Assembly: GCA_031260975.1 (NCBI GenBank) | Contig: JAISKJ010000003.1 | Span: forward strand, 229,758-293,757 | DNA from: Christensenellaceae bacterium | Lineage (GTDB): Bacteria > Bacillota > Clostridia > Christensenellales > UBA1242 | Length of the DNA stretch: 64,000 nucleotides | Direction of reading: 5' to 3' | Shown here: positions 38,433-49,050 of the stretch, one piece after another | How positions within the stretch are numbered: position 1 is the first letter of the stretch | How the letters are laid out: each line of letters opens with the position of its first letter | Position numbers and translations under genes: made by a program | The notes under the pieces: model-generated | Databases searched by the model: none | The model's input: only the letters and a program-made list of their open reading frames with translations | What the model was told of the DNA's origin: nothing

Positions 38433-39872
38433 ATGCAGCTAAAAAATTTAATTAAAAATATAGAATGTGAAATCAGAGGCGAGGGCAGCGTCAGTATAAA
38501 AGCACTCAGTCTTAACCCAAACGATTGCAAAAATGCTCTGCTGTTTTGTTATAAGGGTGTTAAAAGCGACGGACATGATTATTTAGAAATTGCACAAAAT
38601 TGCGGTGCTACGGCGCTTGTGGTAGAACGATTTCTAGACACAGCATTGCCTCAGATAAGGGTGCTGAACACGCGAAAGGTTATGGGACCTATTTGTCGGG
38701 ATTTTTATTTAAGCCCAAACAGAGGGCTTAAGATGATAGGGGTATGCGGTACAAATGGCAAAACAACAACAACCTTTATGCTGAAGCAAATTTTTGAAGC
38801 AGCGGGGCATAAGGTGTGTCTTATAGGTACTTCAGGTGTGATGATGGGAAGTAAGCTGCTTCCTGCAACCCTTACTACTCCGGACCCGCCTGTGTTGCAC
38901 AAATTATTGAGGCAGGCTTATGACAACGGCTGCACGGTGGTTGTGATGGAAGTTTCGGCTCATGCGATGGACCTAGATAAGCTTGAGGGCATCAGGTTTG
39001 ACATGGGAGTTTTTAGCAATCTTACACAAGACCATTTGGATTATTTTGGTACGATGGAAAATTATGCCGCTGCCAAACAAAAGTTTTTTGACAGATTTTG
39101 TGAATTTTGTATATTTAATTTAGATAATGCTTATGGAAAGCTCTTTTTTAAAAGCTGCCCGTCACACAAAATCGGTTTTGGGCTTATGAGCGGAGAATAT
39201 AGAGCGAGCGTAACAAAAAGCACGCTTGAGGGCAGTGATTTTAGTGTAGTTAAGGAGGGAAATCCTTCTTTGCATATTAAAATTAATATGGCCGGCAGGT
39301 TTAATGTTTATAATGCGTTATCCGCCGCCGCTGCGGCAAATGTAATGGGTATCAGTGATAATTCTGTCATAAAAGGACTTCACAGCCTCAGTCAGGTTGA
39401 TGGCAGATTTAATGTAACAAGGTTTGACAAAGTGTTTATTGTAATTGATTATGCTCACAGCCCGGACGGTGTTCTAAATATATTAAAAGCAGTTAAAGAA
39501 GTTGTATACGGAAAGATTTTGACTGTGTTTGGCTGCGGAGGGGAGCGCGATAGTTTAAAACGCCCTATTATGGGCAGAATTGTAGCGGAGTTGAGTGATG
39601 AAATAATTATCACCAGCGACAATCCGCGAAGCGAAAATCCTGACGATATAATAGCGCAAATCAAAGCGGGTGTATCACATGAGTGTGTTTGTATAACAGA
39701 CCGAAGAGAAGCGATTCTTTATGCGCTTAAAAGTGCACACCCGGGCGACACTGTGGTGATTTTGGGCAAGGGGGCCGAAACTACGCAGGAGATAGCGGGG
39801 ATTAAATACCCTTTCTGCGATACAAGTGTAGTACATGAGTTTTTTGAAGGCGGGCCTAAGGAGAGCGTATGA
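38433..39872 (+). CDS. murE: UDP-MurNAc-L-Ala-D-Glu:meso-diaminopimelate ligase MurE
   Basis: GVCGTNGKTTT P-loop. The DNPR motif (ITSDNPRSE) indicates DAP specificity. Confidence 0.9.
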   Translation: MQLKNLIKNIECEIRGEGSVSIKALSLNPNDCKNALLFCYKGVKSDGHDYLEIAQNCGATALVVERFLDTALPQIRVLNTRKVMGPICRDFYLSPNRGLKMIGVCGTNGKTTTTFMLKQIFEAAGHKVCLIGTSGVMMGSKLLPATLTTPDPPVLHKLLRQAYDNGCTVVVMEVSAHAMDLDKLEGIRFDMGVFSNLTQDHLDYFGTMENYAAAKQKFFDRFCEFCIFNLDNAYGKLFFKSCPSHKIGFGLMSGEYRASVTKSTLEGSDFSVVKEGNPSLHIKINMAGRFNVYNALSAAAAANVMGISDNSVIKGLHSLSQVDGRFNVTRFDKVFIVIDYAHSPDGVLNILKAVKEVVYGKILTVFGCGGERDSLKRPIMGRIVAELSDEIIITSDNPRSENPDDIIAQIKAGVSHECVCITDRREAILYALKSAHPGDTVVILGKGAETTQEIAGIKYPFCDTSVVHEFFEGGPKESV

Positions 39873-40852
39873 CAAATTTCATTTTTGTATTTTTGTTTGG
39901 ATTTGTGTTGTGTGCGGGACTCACTCCGCTTGTTATCATTTTGTCGCGAAGGCTTAAGTTTGGGCAGAATATACTCCATTATGTAGAAAGCCACACCGCA
40001 AAACAGGGTACCCCTACTATGGGCGGCATAGCCTTTGTGTTAAGTACGGTTCTGGCCAGCTTGTTTTTTATCAACACCAACTATTCATTTGGTTTTTTGA
40101 TTTTGGCGCTGGGGCTTGGTTTTGGCGTGCTTGGGTTTTTGGATGATTTCATAAAAATAAGGTTTAAGCGAAATATGGGCTTGCGGGCCTATCAAAAAAT
40201 TATCGGACAAGCATCTCTTGCAATTATAGCAGCACTTTTTGTTTATCTTAATCCAAATATTGAAAACAGTGTAATTCTGCCGTTTAGCAACACGAGTATT
40301 GAGCTGGGCTTTTTTGTGGTGCCGCTTATCGTTTTTGTGTTTCTGGCCTTGACCAACAGCGTAAATCTGACTGACGGCCTTGACGGGCTTGCCTCAGGGG
40401 TGAGCCTTATGTATCTGCTGGGCTTTGCGTTTATAACCTATTTTTATATAGGCACAGGCCTCACTCACACCATGAACAGCGATGTTATATTGATTTCTCT
40501 GGCTCTTGTGGGCAGTCTGTTTGCCTTTTTAATGTTTAATTGCTATCCTGCCAAAATATTTATGGGTGACACGGGCTCTCTTGCAATCGGAGCGTTTCTT
40601 GCTTCGCTTGCGTGTTTTAACGGGATGATGCTTTATGTGCCTATATTGGGTTTTATGTTTGTTTTGTCGAGTATATCTGTAATTATTCAGGTGCTTCACT
40701 TTAAGCGAACCAAAAGACGTGTGTTTTTGATGACGCCTCTTCATCACCATTTTGAAAAGAAAGGAGTGCATGAAAGCCGGATTGTCGCCATATATATAGT
40801 AATAACAGCGGTGATAGCATTATTTTGTTTGCTGCTTTTGGGGGGCATATGA
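39869..40852 (+). CDS. mraY: Phospho-MurNAc-pentapeptide translocase MraY
   Basis: NLTDGLDGLA, MGDTGSLAIGA and TPLHHHFE motifs, 10 TM. Confidence 0.9.
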   Translation: MTNFIFVFLFGFVLCAGLTPLVIILSRRLKFGQNILHYVESHTAKQGTPTMGGIAFVLSTVLASLFFINTNYSFGFLILALGLGFGVLGFLDDFIKIRFKRNMGLRAYQKIIGQASLAIIAALFVYLNPNIENSVILPFSNTSIELGFFVVPLIVFVFLALTNSVNLTDGLDGLASGVSLMYLLGFAFITYFYIGTGLTHTMNSDVILISLALVGSLFAFLMFNCYPAKIFMGDTGSLAIGAFLASLACFNGMMLYVPILGFMFVLSSISVIIQVLHFKRTKRRVFLMTPLHHHFEKKGVHESRIVAIYIVITAVIALFCLLLLGGI

Positions 40853-42189
40853 AATTAAAAAATTGCAATATTCTGATTTATGGATTGGGTAAAAGCGGAA
40901 GGGCGGCGTTGAAGTTGCTTTACAGCGAAAAATCCCGTTTCTTTTTGTTTGACGATGACACCAAACAGTTTGAAAACTTGCTTGGCAAAGTGAAGGGCCT
41001 TGATAATATATTTTTGCTAAATAAACTCACTAAGGATATGGTTGACGAGATGGATTTGATTATCCTCAGTCCCGGTGTGAGCGTAGACAACGCGATTTTG
41101 AAATATGCAAAAACAAAAAATAAGCGCATTATGGGCGAGCTCGAGCTGGGCTTTGTCAGCTGCAAAAATGACTTTTTATGTGTTACCGGAACAAACGGAA
41201 AAACCACTACAGTAAATCTGTTATGGGCCATATTCAATCAGGCAAAAAAACGGTGCTCGGTTGTGGGTAATGTGGGTGTACCGGTATGTGATAAGATATC
41301 TAAAGAAACCAAGAAAGATATTTTTGTATGCGAGGTCAGCAGCTTTCAACTTGAGAGTATCAAAAACTTCAGGCCCAAGATTGCGTCTATCCTCAATATT
41401 GATGTAGATCATCTAGACCGCCATAAGACAAAAAAAGTTTATGCTCAGGCAAAGTATAAGATTGCGCAGAATATGAAAAAGAAAGATTGTCTTGTGCTCA
41501 ACCAGAACTGCGCCGTCAGCATGAAGCTTGCCCCAAAGACCCGATGCAAGATATATTATTTTAATACTGAGAAGGAATGCATTGGTGCATACATAAAAGA
41601 TGATAAGGTATGTATAAACATAAAAAAGCCGATAGAGATTATGAATGTGTCGGATATTAAGCTTGTAGGGCGGCATAATCAGGAAAATATTTTATGTGCA
41701 GCTTTGATGGCATATCTATATAAAATTAGGCCTATACATATCAAACAGGCGATAAGTGAATTTGTTTTGCCTCATCACAGAATTGAAAAGGTTGATACGA
41801 TAGGCGGAGTTACATACATAAACGACAGCAAGGCCACCAACATAGGTGCTACTATCGCCGCCCTCAAAGCTATAACCGAGCCCATAAATCTGATTTTGGG
41901 TGGCAGTGACAAGGGCTATGATTATATGCTTTTGTTTAAGCATTTGCCAAGTAATGTCATAAGAATTGCAGCAGCGGGCGCCGTGGGTGACAAGATTATG
42001 GCGGCGGCAGGTGAGTTTAGCGAAATTACAAGAGTAAAAACACTTAAGGATGCGGTTACGCTTTTAAAGAATAAGGCACAGGCGGGGGAGGTTGTGCTTT
42101 TGAGTCCTGCCAGCGCCAGCTTTGACGAGTTTAACGGATATGCCGAGCGGGGTCAGAAGTTTTGTGAATATGTGAGGGCAAATGAATAG
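40849..42189 (+). CDS. murD: UDP-MurNAc-L-Ala:D-Glu ligase MurD
   Basis: ILIYGLGKSGRA Rossmann motif and VTGTNGKTTT. The start is set at ATG 40849, which overlaps the mraY stop (ATGA). Confidence 0.9.
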   Translation: MKLKNCNILIYGLGKSGRAALKLLYSEKSRFFLFDDDTKQFENLLGKVKGLDNIFLLNKLTKDMVDEMDLIILSPGVSVDNAILKYAKTKNKRIMGELELGFVSCKNDFLCVTGTNGKTTTVNLLWAIFNQAKKRCSVVGNVGVPVCDKISKETKKDIFVCEVSSFQLESIKNFRPKIASILNIDVDHLDRHKTKKVYAQAKYKIAQNMKKKDCLVLNQNCAVSMKLAPKTRCKIYYFNTEKECIGAYIKDDKVCINIKKPIEIMNVSDIKLVGRHNQENILCAALMAYLYKIRPIHIKQAISEFVLPHHRIEKVDTIGGVTYINDSKATNIGATIAALKAITEPINLILGGSDKGYDYMLLFKHLPSNVIRIAAAGAVGDKIMAAAGEFSEITRVKTLKDAVTLLKNKAQAGEVVLLSPASASFDEFNGYAERGQKFCEYVRANE

Positions 42190-43276
42190 GCTCACAGGGG
42201 CTGTCACAATTACGCTTACTATAATTCTGCTGCTGCTGGGGCTTGTGTTTGTATACAGCGCAAGCAGTTATTCAGCGCAGGTGTATTATGGGAACGAGTA
42301 TTATTTTTTGTTTAAACAGATTATAGGCGTGCTTTTGGGTGTTGTGGCGCTTATTATTATGTCTTTTTTGGATTATAACAAGCTAAAGAGATTTAAGTGG
42401 TGGTTCGCGGGCCTTGGTTTTGTTCTGCTGGCTATAGTATTTATTCCGGGTGTGGGAATAGAAAATTACGGCGCCAAACGCTGGATTGGAATCGGAAGCT
42501 TTACTATTCAAAGCAGTGAGATTGCCAAATTCTGTTTTGTTATATTTGCGGCAATTCATCTGAGTCAGCATTATGACAAGGTCAAGACCTTTAAGGGAAT
42601 TCTGCCTGTGGTGCTTGTGGGCAGCTTATTTTGCGCGCTTATTTTGCTGGAACCCAATATGTCGGTGACAATATGCTGCGGAGTGGTTTTGGTCAGTATG
42701 CTGTTTGTGGGCGGAATAAAATTTAAGCATATGGCATTTTTACTCATTCCGGCGCTCGTTTTAGTGCCGCTGCTGATTATTATTGAGCCTTATAGGCTTG
42801 ACAGACTTATGGCTTTCATTAACCCATGGGCCAGCCCTCAGGGGGAAGGGTATCAGCTGATACAATCTCTGTTCTCTATCGGCAGCGGCGGTTTGTTTGG
42901 CGTAGGGTTATTTGCGTCAAGGCAAAAATACTTATTTTTACCTTTTGCTGAAAGTGATTTTATATTTTCGATAATCACCGAAGAGATAGGAATTGTGGGC
43001 GCGGGCTTTGTGCTTTTGTTGTTTTTGGCGCTTATAATTTGCGGAATAAAAATTGCAAAATCAGCCAAAGACAGGTTTGGAAGCTATCTTGCTGCAGGAA
43101 TTACCTCGCTTATTGCAATACAGGTTTTGGTTAATGTGGCGGTTGTCACGGGGGCTATTCCGCCAACGGGGCTTCCGCTGCCGTTTATCAGTGCCGGCAG
43201 CAGCTCAATTATTGTGCTTATGGCAGCGGTAGGTGTGCTTGTTAATATTCACCGCAGTGGCGTTAAAGCTAAATAG
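42182..43276 (+). CDS. ftsW: SEDS family peptidoglycan polymerase FtsW/SpoVE
   Basis: 364 aa polytopic protein. Conserved ESDFIFSIITEE, GLPLPFISAGSSS. Confidence 0.85.
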   Translation: MNRLTGAVTITLTIILLLLGLVFVYSASSYSAQVYYGNEYYFLFKQIIGVLLGVVALIIMSFLDYNKLKRFKWWFAGLGFVLLAIVFIPGVGIENYGAKRWIGIGSFTIQSSEIAKFCFVIFAAIHLSQHYDKVKTFKGILPVVLVGSLFCALILLEPNMSVTICCGVVLVSMLFVGGIKFKHMAFLLIPALVLVPLLIIIEPYRLDRLMAFINPWASPQGEGYQLIQSLFSIGSGGLFGVGLFASRQKYLFLPFAESDFIFSIITEEIGIVGAGFVLLLFLALIICGIKIAKSAKDRFGSYLAAGITSLIAIQVLVNVAVVTGAIPPTGLPLPFISAGSSSIIVLMAAVGVLVNIHRSGVKAK

Positions 43277-43321
43277 TCACCAATTTATTGCTGTAAGCGT
43301 AAAATGGACTAGGAGAGTATT

Positions 43322-44581
43322 ATGGATAAATTTGTTATAAACGGGGGCAATTCTCTTGAGGGAGAACTTGATATTCCGTGTTCGAAAAATGCTTATCTTC
43401 CAATTCTCGCAGCCTGTATGCTTCACAGCGGCAAAATAATGCTAAAAAAAGTGCCTGACTTCAGTGACATAAATAAAATGATAGAGATTTTGGTTACACT
43501 TGGCTGCAGGGTTCAAAAGACAGACCAAACACTTTTGATAGACTGTGAGAATGCCACCAAATATGAAATACCCGGCAAACTCGCCGGTGAGATAAGGTCC
43601 TCCATTTTTTTGATGGGGGCGATTTTGGGAAAATTAAAAAAGGCAAAGGTAGCTTATCCCGGTGGGTGCGACATAGGAGCTAGGCCTATTGATTTACATC
43701 TTAAAGGACTGCGTAACCTTAATATAGATATAACCGAGCATTTCGGAATGATAGAGTGTGACGCAAGAAATTTTAAAAATGATATTGTACATCTGGACTT
43801 TCCTAGCGTCGGCGCCACCGAAAACATTATGATGGCGTCGGTCTTGTCAAAGGGAACAACCTACATATTTAACGCGGCAAAGGAGCCTGAGATTATAGAC
43901 CTAGCGGGTTTCATAAACTCTATGGGCGGCAAGGTGTATGGTGCCGGAACAAGTACTATTACTATTGTTGGTGTTGAAGGACTTCATGATACTGAATATA
44001 CCGCTATTGCCGACAGGATAATAGCCGGTACTCACATAATCGCTGTGGCTTCCTGCGGCGGTGATGTTTTGCTTAATTATGCTAACTTTAATCATATATA
44101 TCCGCTTATTACAAAATTCAAAAATTCTGCTTGCAAAATAGTGCAGACTAGTGATAAAATAAGGATAGTATCGACAGGAAAGTTAAAAAGCTTCGGCAAT
44201 ATCGAAACTTCGCCCTATCCGGGATTTCCGACTGACCTTCAGGCGCAAACTATGGTCTTGCAGACAATCAGCCGCGGCACTTGTGTAATTTTGGAAAATC
44301 TTTTTGAAACCAGATTTAAGCATGTGCCAGAACTTGTTAAAATGGGAGCTAAAATTATTATGCGTGACCGTATGGCAGTGGTGAGCGGCGTTGACCGGCT
44401 TTATGGCACCGAGGTCACAGCAACTGACCTAAGAGGCGGGGCAGCTCTGACTATAGCGGGACTTGTGGCAAAAGGGCAGACGGTGGTTAGTGGTGTGGGG
44501 CATATAGACCGTGGCTATGAGCATCTCGACCGGCAGTTTAAAAAGTTGGGGGCTGATATAATCAGGACATCAGACACTTAG
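43322..44581 (+). CDS. murA: UDP-N-acetylglucosamine 1-carboxyvinyltransferase MurA
   Basis: MDKFVINGGNSLEGELDIPCSKNAYLPILAA. Active-site Cys context YPGGCDIGARPIDLH. Confidence 0.9.
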   Translation: MDKFVINGGNSLEGELDIPCSKNAYLPILAACMLHSGKIMLKKVPDFSDINKMIEILVTLGCRVQKTDQTLLIDCENATKYEIPGKLAGEIRSSIFLMGAILGKLKKAKVAYPGGCDIGARPIDLHLKGLRNLNIDITEHFGMIECDARNFKNDIVHLDFPSVGATENIMMASVLSKGTTYIFNAAKEPEIIDLAGFINSMGGKVYGAGTSTITIVGVEGLHDTEYTAIADRIIAGTHIIAVASCGGDVLLNYANFNHIYPLITKFKNSACKIVQTSDKIRIVSTGKLKSFGNIETSPYPGFPTDLQAQTMVLQTISRGTCVILENLFETRFKHVPELVKMGAKIIMRDRMAVVSGVDRLYGTEVTATDLRGGAALTIAGLVAKGQTVVSGVGHIDRGYEHLDRQFKKLGADIIRTSDT

Positions 44582-44588
44582 GAGGATT

Positions 44589-45548
44589 ATGAAAAATAAG
44601 GTTCTTATTTCAATATTGTGCTGTTTTGCATTTGTGGTGCTTATTGTTGTGCTGTCGTCAACGGTTTTTACGCTTAAAGAGGTCAGGGTGGAGTTTTATG
44701 ACACCAACGACCAGCTGATAACCGATTATAACACGCTTAAACACTTTACTGCCGCTGACACCCAGAGTATTATTGACAGCGCAAATTTTAATATGGGCCA
44801 AAATATATTTTTAGTCAAAAAAGAACAATACACAAACAGTCTTGAAAAGAATAATCCCTATCTTAAGGTAATTACGCTTACTACATATTTCCCAAATAAA
44901 ATTATAATCAAAGTGCACGAGCGAGAAGAGTTGTTTGCGGTGCCGTATGGAAGCAGCGGGCTATATGCCATAACTGACGGAGAAATGAAAGTGCTTTATA
45001 CCACCGACACACCTGACCCATTCGGAGCGGTTGTGGTGAGCGGTCTTGACATAGATGCTGCCGGTGTGATTGTAGGGCAGAAACTGACGGGAGGTAATGT
45101 TGATGTGGCGGCGCAGCTAAATTATGGACTTCAAAAGAGTTTGGACATAGTTCTGGCGCTGAAAAATCAGGTAATACTTCAGGTGTTTAAAAGTGCCGTG
45201 TTTGAGGTTGACACCTTAAATAGTGAACACATTATGCTCAGGATGATGACACGGGATCATATCCCTTTGTATGACACAAACGGTAATCCGATTCTTGACT
45301 CGATAACAGGACTTCCAAAGAGCATAACAATAGCCGGAATGAAGATTGAAATTCATAATGCAGCATATAGGCTTGATTATAAAATCCAGAGTGCTTTTCA
45401 GATTTTTGAATATATCGTAAATCAAGAATACGGTCAAATTGAGGTTGAGGGCAGCGGCACAATAGAAGAATATAAGGGTACCATAAAAATTTTTGATGAC
45501 GCCGGCTCACCCAACGGACTTAAAAAAGTGTATGTTCCGGCACTGTGA
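44589..45548 (+). CDS. ftsQ: FtsQ/DivIB-type cell-division protein
   Basis: N-terminal TM, a POTRA-like FTLKEVRVEF segment, and a position upstream of ftsA. Confidence 0.6.
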   Translation: MKNKVLISILCCFAFVVLIVVLSSTVFTLKEVRVEFYDTNDQLITDYNTLKHFTAADTQSIIDSANFNMGQNIFLVKKEQYTNSLEKNNPYLKVITLTTYFPNKIIIKVHEREELFAVPYGSSGLYAITDGEMKVLYTTDTPDPFGAVVVSGLDIDAAGVIVGQKLTGGNVDVAAQLNYGLQKSLDIVLALKNQVILQVFKSAVFEVDTLNSEHIMLRMMTRDHIPLYDTNGNPILDSITGLPKSITIAGMKIEIHNAAYRLDYKIQSAFQIFEYIVNQEYGQIEVEGSGTIEEYKGTIKIFDDAGSPNGLKKVYVPAL

Positions 45549-45630
45549 CCCAATTGGTTATTGCGAAGCGGTATAATTATCATTTTAAAGCCACAGGCGA
45601 TTAGTTGTCGTCATTTAATAATAAATTGAT

Positions 45631-45655
45631 AGAGGGATTTTTTAGCCCTCTTTTT
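45631..45655 (+). terminator. Putative terminator after ftsQ
   Basis: AGAGGG-attttttag-CCCTCT followed by TTTT. Confidence 0.55.
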
Positions 45656-45706
45656 ATTGTTTTTTGTGCCAAATATAAAAAAATATTCAAATCTTCTCAA
45701 AATGGG

Positions 45707-45735
45707 TTGACATTATTTCTATTAGAAAGTATACT
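45707..45735 (+). promoter_or_regulatory. ftsAZ promoter
   Basis: TTGACA (45707-45712), 17-nt spacer, TATACT (45730-45735). Confidence 0.6.
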
Positions 45736-45788
45736 ATCTACACATACTAATCGGGGCAGTTTTAAAGGCCAAAAATGAAGGAAGTATT

Positions 45789-46970
45789 ATGCCAAAGAAA
45801 GAAGAAGTTGCAGTTTTAGATTTTGGGTCAGAGCGGATAACTGTTGTTATCGGAACCAGGGATGTTAACAACACCTTTAGGGTCATGGGCAGCGGCGAAG
45901 CTGAATACGCTGGATTTATGGACGGCGAATTTTTGGAAATTCAGGAGCTTAAGCTTGCCATGGGTATGGCAATCAGCAACGCTGAAGGAAACAGTAAAAC
46001 CGAAATTAAGGAGCTTTTTATCGGTGTGCCTACCGAGTTTTTGTTTTGCGTCTGCAAAAATGTGGGGCAGAATTACCCCAAAGCGCGAACTATAAAACAG
46101 CGCGATATTGATGAGCTTTTTTTTAGAGCAAGCGACTTTTCAAAATATAACACCCATTCGGTTATTAACCAATCGGCAGTATATTATGTTTTAGATGACG
46201 GGCAGGCGGTGACCAACCCTATAGGTCAGGTTACCTCAAAGCTTAATGCATGTCTTTCATATATCCTGGTTGAAAAGGGCTTTATAGACCTGATTAACGG
46301 TTTTGTGAGGGATTTGGGGCTCAGCCGCGTAACATATATTTCGAGCGACTTGGCTCAGATGCAGTATTTGTTTGATGAGGACGAGCGTGAGCGTTATGTT
46401 ATTATGGTGGATGTTGGATATATTACCACAAGCGTGTGTCTTATTAAGGGCAGCGGAATGCTGAGCATGAGCAGCTTCAGTATGGGAGGGGGACATATCA
46501 CGGCAGACCTCAGTGAGTGTCTTAAAATCAGTTTCAGCGAGGCCGAAGCGCTCAAGCGCAAGATTGTGCTTAGCATAGAGCCCAAGCTAAAAGACGTATA
46601 TGAAGTTATGGTTGACGGAAATGTCGTTCCGATAAACGCTAAAAACGCAAACGATATAGTGAGAGCCCGCATAGACATTATCGGGGCGGGAATATCAAAG
46701 TCGCTCAGTGTATGTAAGTATGAGTATCCTGATTATATTCCAATCAGCCTCACGGGCGGCGGACTTAATTATCTTAAAGGTGCAAAGGATTATTTGGGCA
46801 AAGTTATGGGTAAAGCGGTTGAACCGGTCAACATATCAGACCCGAACATAGACAAGCCGCACCTCTCATCAGTATTAGGGCTGCTGGACGCAGCACTTAG
46901 ACAAAAAGAGCAAATAAAATCGGGGTTTGGTTCAAGAATAATAAAAGCAATCAAAGGTATCTTTGGATGA
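45789..46970 (+). CDS. ftsA: Cell-division protein FtsA
   Basis: [16 protein letters not shown] actin-fold phosphate motif and GGGHITADL. Immediately upstream of ftsZ. Confidence 0.85.
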   Translation: MPKKEEVAVLDFGSERITVVIGTRDVNNTFRVMGSGEAEYAGFMDGEFLEIQELKLAMGMAISNAEGNSKTEIKELFIGVPTEFLFCVCKNVGQNYPKARTIKQRDIDELFFRASDFSKYNTHSVINQSAVYYVLDDGQAVTNPIGQVTSKLNACLSYILVEKGFIDLINGFVRDLGLSRVTYISSDLAQMQYLFDEDERERYVIMVDVGYITTSVCLIKGSGMLSMSSFSMGGGHITADLSECLKISFSEAEALKRKIVLSIEPKLKDVYEVMVDGNVVPINAKNANDIVRARIDIIGAGISKSLSVCKYEYPDYIPISLTGGGLNYLKGAKDYLGKVMGKAVEPVNISDPNIDKPHLSSVLGLLDAALRQKEQIKSGFGSRIIKAIKGIFG

Positions 46971-46983
46971 AAAGGAGAGAAAT

Positions 46984-48189
46984 ATGTATAACACAAATAA
47001 CCCAATTGACCAGGTAGCAAGTATAAAAGTAATAGGTGTAGGCGGAGGCGGAGGAAATGCCGTTAACCGTATGGTGGCAGCAGGTATTAGAAGTGCGCAG
47101 TTTGTGGCAATCAACACTGACAAACAGGCCCTTCTGATGAGCCAGGCCACTCACCGCATTCAGATAGGAGAAAAACTCACCCGCGGTCTTGGTGCCGGTG
47201 CTGACCCTGAAATCGGGCTTAAAGCCGCCGAAGAGAGCAAACAGGTAGTAACCGAAATGCTAAAAGGTTGTGACCTTGCTTTTATAACGGCAGGTATGGG
47301 CGGCGGAACGGGAACGGGAGCAGCTCCTGTTGTGGCGCAGATAGCCAGAGAAATGGGAATTCTGACCATTGCCGTTGTAACCAAACCCTTTAACTTTGAA
47401 GGTAAACGCCGTATGGAAAACGCTGAAAAGGGTATTGACGCGCTCAAAAAATACGTTGACACGCTGGTTGTTATTCCAAACGACAAGCTTTTGAAGATTG
47501 TTCCTAAAGGAACACCTATTGTAGAAGCTTTTAGATGTGCCGATGATGTTTTAAGACAGGGTATTCAGGGCATAAGTGATTTGATTGTAACACCAAGCCT
47601 TATTAACCTTGACTTTGCCGATGTTAAGACCATTATGAAAAACAAGGGCCTTGCTCACATGGGTATAGGCTATGGAAAAGGCGAAAACAAGACAATTGAA
47701 GCTGTTAAACAGGCTGTTCAAAGTCCTCTTCTTGAAACCACTATTGAAGGCGCAACAGGCGTACTTTTGAATGTTAAGGGTGGGTTGGACCTGCCTATTG
47801 ACGAGGTTAACGAGGCCGCTGAGCTTGTGCGTGAGGTTCTGGACCCCAGCTGTAACATTATATTTGGTGCGGGCATTGATGAAAGTTTGCAGGAGCAGGT
47901 TGAAATTACTATTATTGCAACAGGTTTTAACGGTGCCGGAGAAGAAAAACAAAAGCCCCGCAATGCTGATGCTGAAATCCGCCCCAACTTTGGCGGCTAT
48001 GACAAAGACAAGTATGAACAGATGCTGAAAGGCAACGCAAAACCCAAATTGTATGAAGAAAAGGCAGGCGGCTCACCCGCTACGCCCACGAGAGAAGCGG
48101 AGCCTCAAGAGACAGGTAAACCCACTTCACGTATTAAAGTTGACGACAGCAGTATACCTCCATTTTTGAGAAGAATTAGAAAAGATTAA
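46984..48189 (+). CDS. ftsZ: Cell-division GTPase FtsZ
   Basis: [17 protein letters not shown] and [13 protein letters not shown] tubulin signature. C-terminal IPPFLRR peptide. The start is set at ATG 46984 (SD AAAGGAGAG). Confidence 0.95.
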   Translation: MYNTNNPIDQVASIKVIGVGGGGGNAVNRMVAAGIRSAQFVAINTDKQALLMSQATHRIQIGEKLTRGLGAGADPEIGLKAAEESKQVVTEMLKGCDLAFITAGMGGGTGTGAAPVVAQIAREMGILTIAVVTKPFNFEGKRRMENAEKGIDALKKYVDTLVVIPNDKLLKIVPKGTPIVEAFRCADDVLRQGIQGISDLIVTPSLINLDFADVKTIMKNKGLAHMGIGYGKGENKTIEAVKQAVQSPLLETTIEGATGVLLNVKGGLDLPIDEVNEAAELVREVLDPSCNIIFGAGIDESLQEQVEITIIATGFNGAGEEKQKPRNADAEIRPNFGGYDKDKYEQMLKGNAKPKLYEEKAGGSPATPTREAEPQETGKPTSRIKVDDSSIPPFLRRIRKD

Positions 48190-48212
48190 GAAGAGGTAAA
48201 AAGCAAAACGAT

Positions 48213-48248
48213 AAAAAAAGACAAGGTTATGTTAAACTTGTCTTTTTT
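48213..48248 (+). terminator. Intrinsic terminator after ftsZ
   Basis: AAAAAAAGACAAG-11 nt-CTTGTCTTTTTT. Confidence 0.7.
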
Positions 48249-48252
48249 CTTT

Positions 48253-48282
48253 TTGTAAAATGGTAATGCGTTTTTATATAAT
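48253..48282 (+). promoter_or_regulatory. spoIIGA-sigE promoter abutting the start codon
   Basis: TTGTAA (48253-48258), 18-nt spacer, TATAAT (48277-48282). ATG 48289 is 6 nt after the -10. Confidence 0.5.
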
Positions 48283-48288
48283 ATAGTT

Positions 48289-49050
48289 ATGAGTTTTGTG
48301 GGTGAACTTATTTTTATAGCGGTGTTGCTTCTCACCAACTTCAGCCTGAGGCAAAAAATGCATCTGGGGCGCATTCTCAGTGCCTGCGTTTTTGTGTGCA
48401 GTTTTGCCGGTTTTTTTCCTGTGATAAACCTTGGCGGAGTGTTTTTGTTTTGCTATCGGATTTTAACAGGTCTCATTGTTTGTGTGATTGCAACAAACCT
48501 GAAGTTGCGTCAGTTTTTGCTGTATTTTTTGGTCTATTTAATTCATATGTTTGTGCTGTTTGGAGTGGGCGATTTTGTGAGCCGCACGCTGGGAGGAGCC
48601 GATATTTGGCTTAGAACGTCCTTAATGGCATTGTTTAGTGTTGTTATGGTTAAGATTATCAACCTGTTTTATGCAAAAAAACGCATACATAATTTTGTTT
48701 ATAAAGTTTCTATAACAGTAAAGAAAACCATAAAAATAAACGCCTTTTTGGATAGCGGAAACGGGCTTAAAGACCCTGAAACAGGTATTCCGATTGTGAT
48801 AATAAACCTGCGGGCATTTGTCAAACTCTTTGGGGTAGACGCAAAGAGTGTGATGAAAGGAAAGTTAACCGATCACGCTGACGGGAGATATGTTGAGTGT
48901 AATACGATTGCAGGCGGTCACAAAATCTTTGTGTTTGAACCTAAGAGCATAACTGTTGAAGGTAGAAGCGTGACGGCTCTTGTGGGTCTGAGCCTTAATA
49001 ACTTTGGCGCAGAATTTGACTGTCTGCTTAATAGATATGTGGAGGTATAA
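48289..49050 (+). CDS. spoIIGA: Sigma-E processing aspartic peptidase SpoIIGA
   Basis: Five N-terminal TM segments, the FLDSGNGLKDPETGIPIVI (DSGN) motif, and a position directly upstream of sigE. Confidence 0.8.
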   Translation: MSFVGELIFIAVLLLTNFSLRQKMHLGRILSACVFVCSFAGFFPVINLGGVFLFCYRILTGLIVCVIATNLKLRQFLLYFLVYLIHMFVLFGVGDFVSRTLGGADIWLRTSLMALFSVVMVKIINLFYAKKRIHNFVYKVSITVKKTIKINAFLDSGNGLKDPETGIPIVIINLRAFVKLFGVDAKSVMKGKLTDHADGRYVECNTIAGGHKIFVFEPKSITVEGRSVTALVGLSLNNFGAEFDCLLNRYVEV

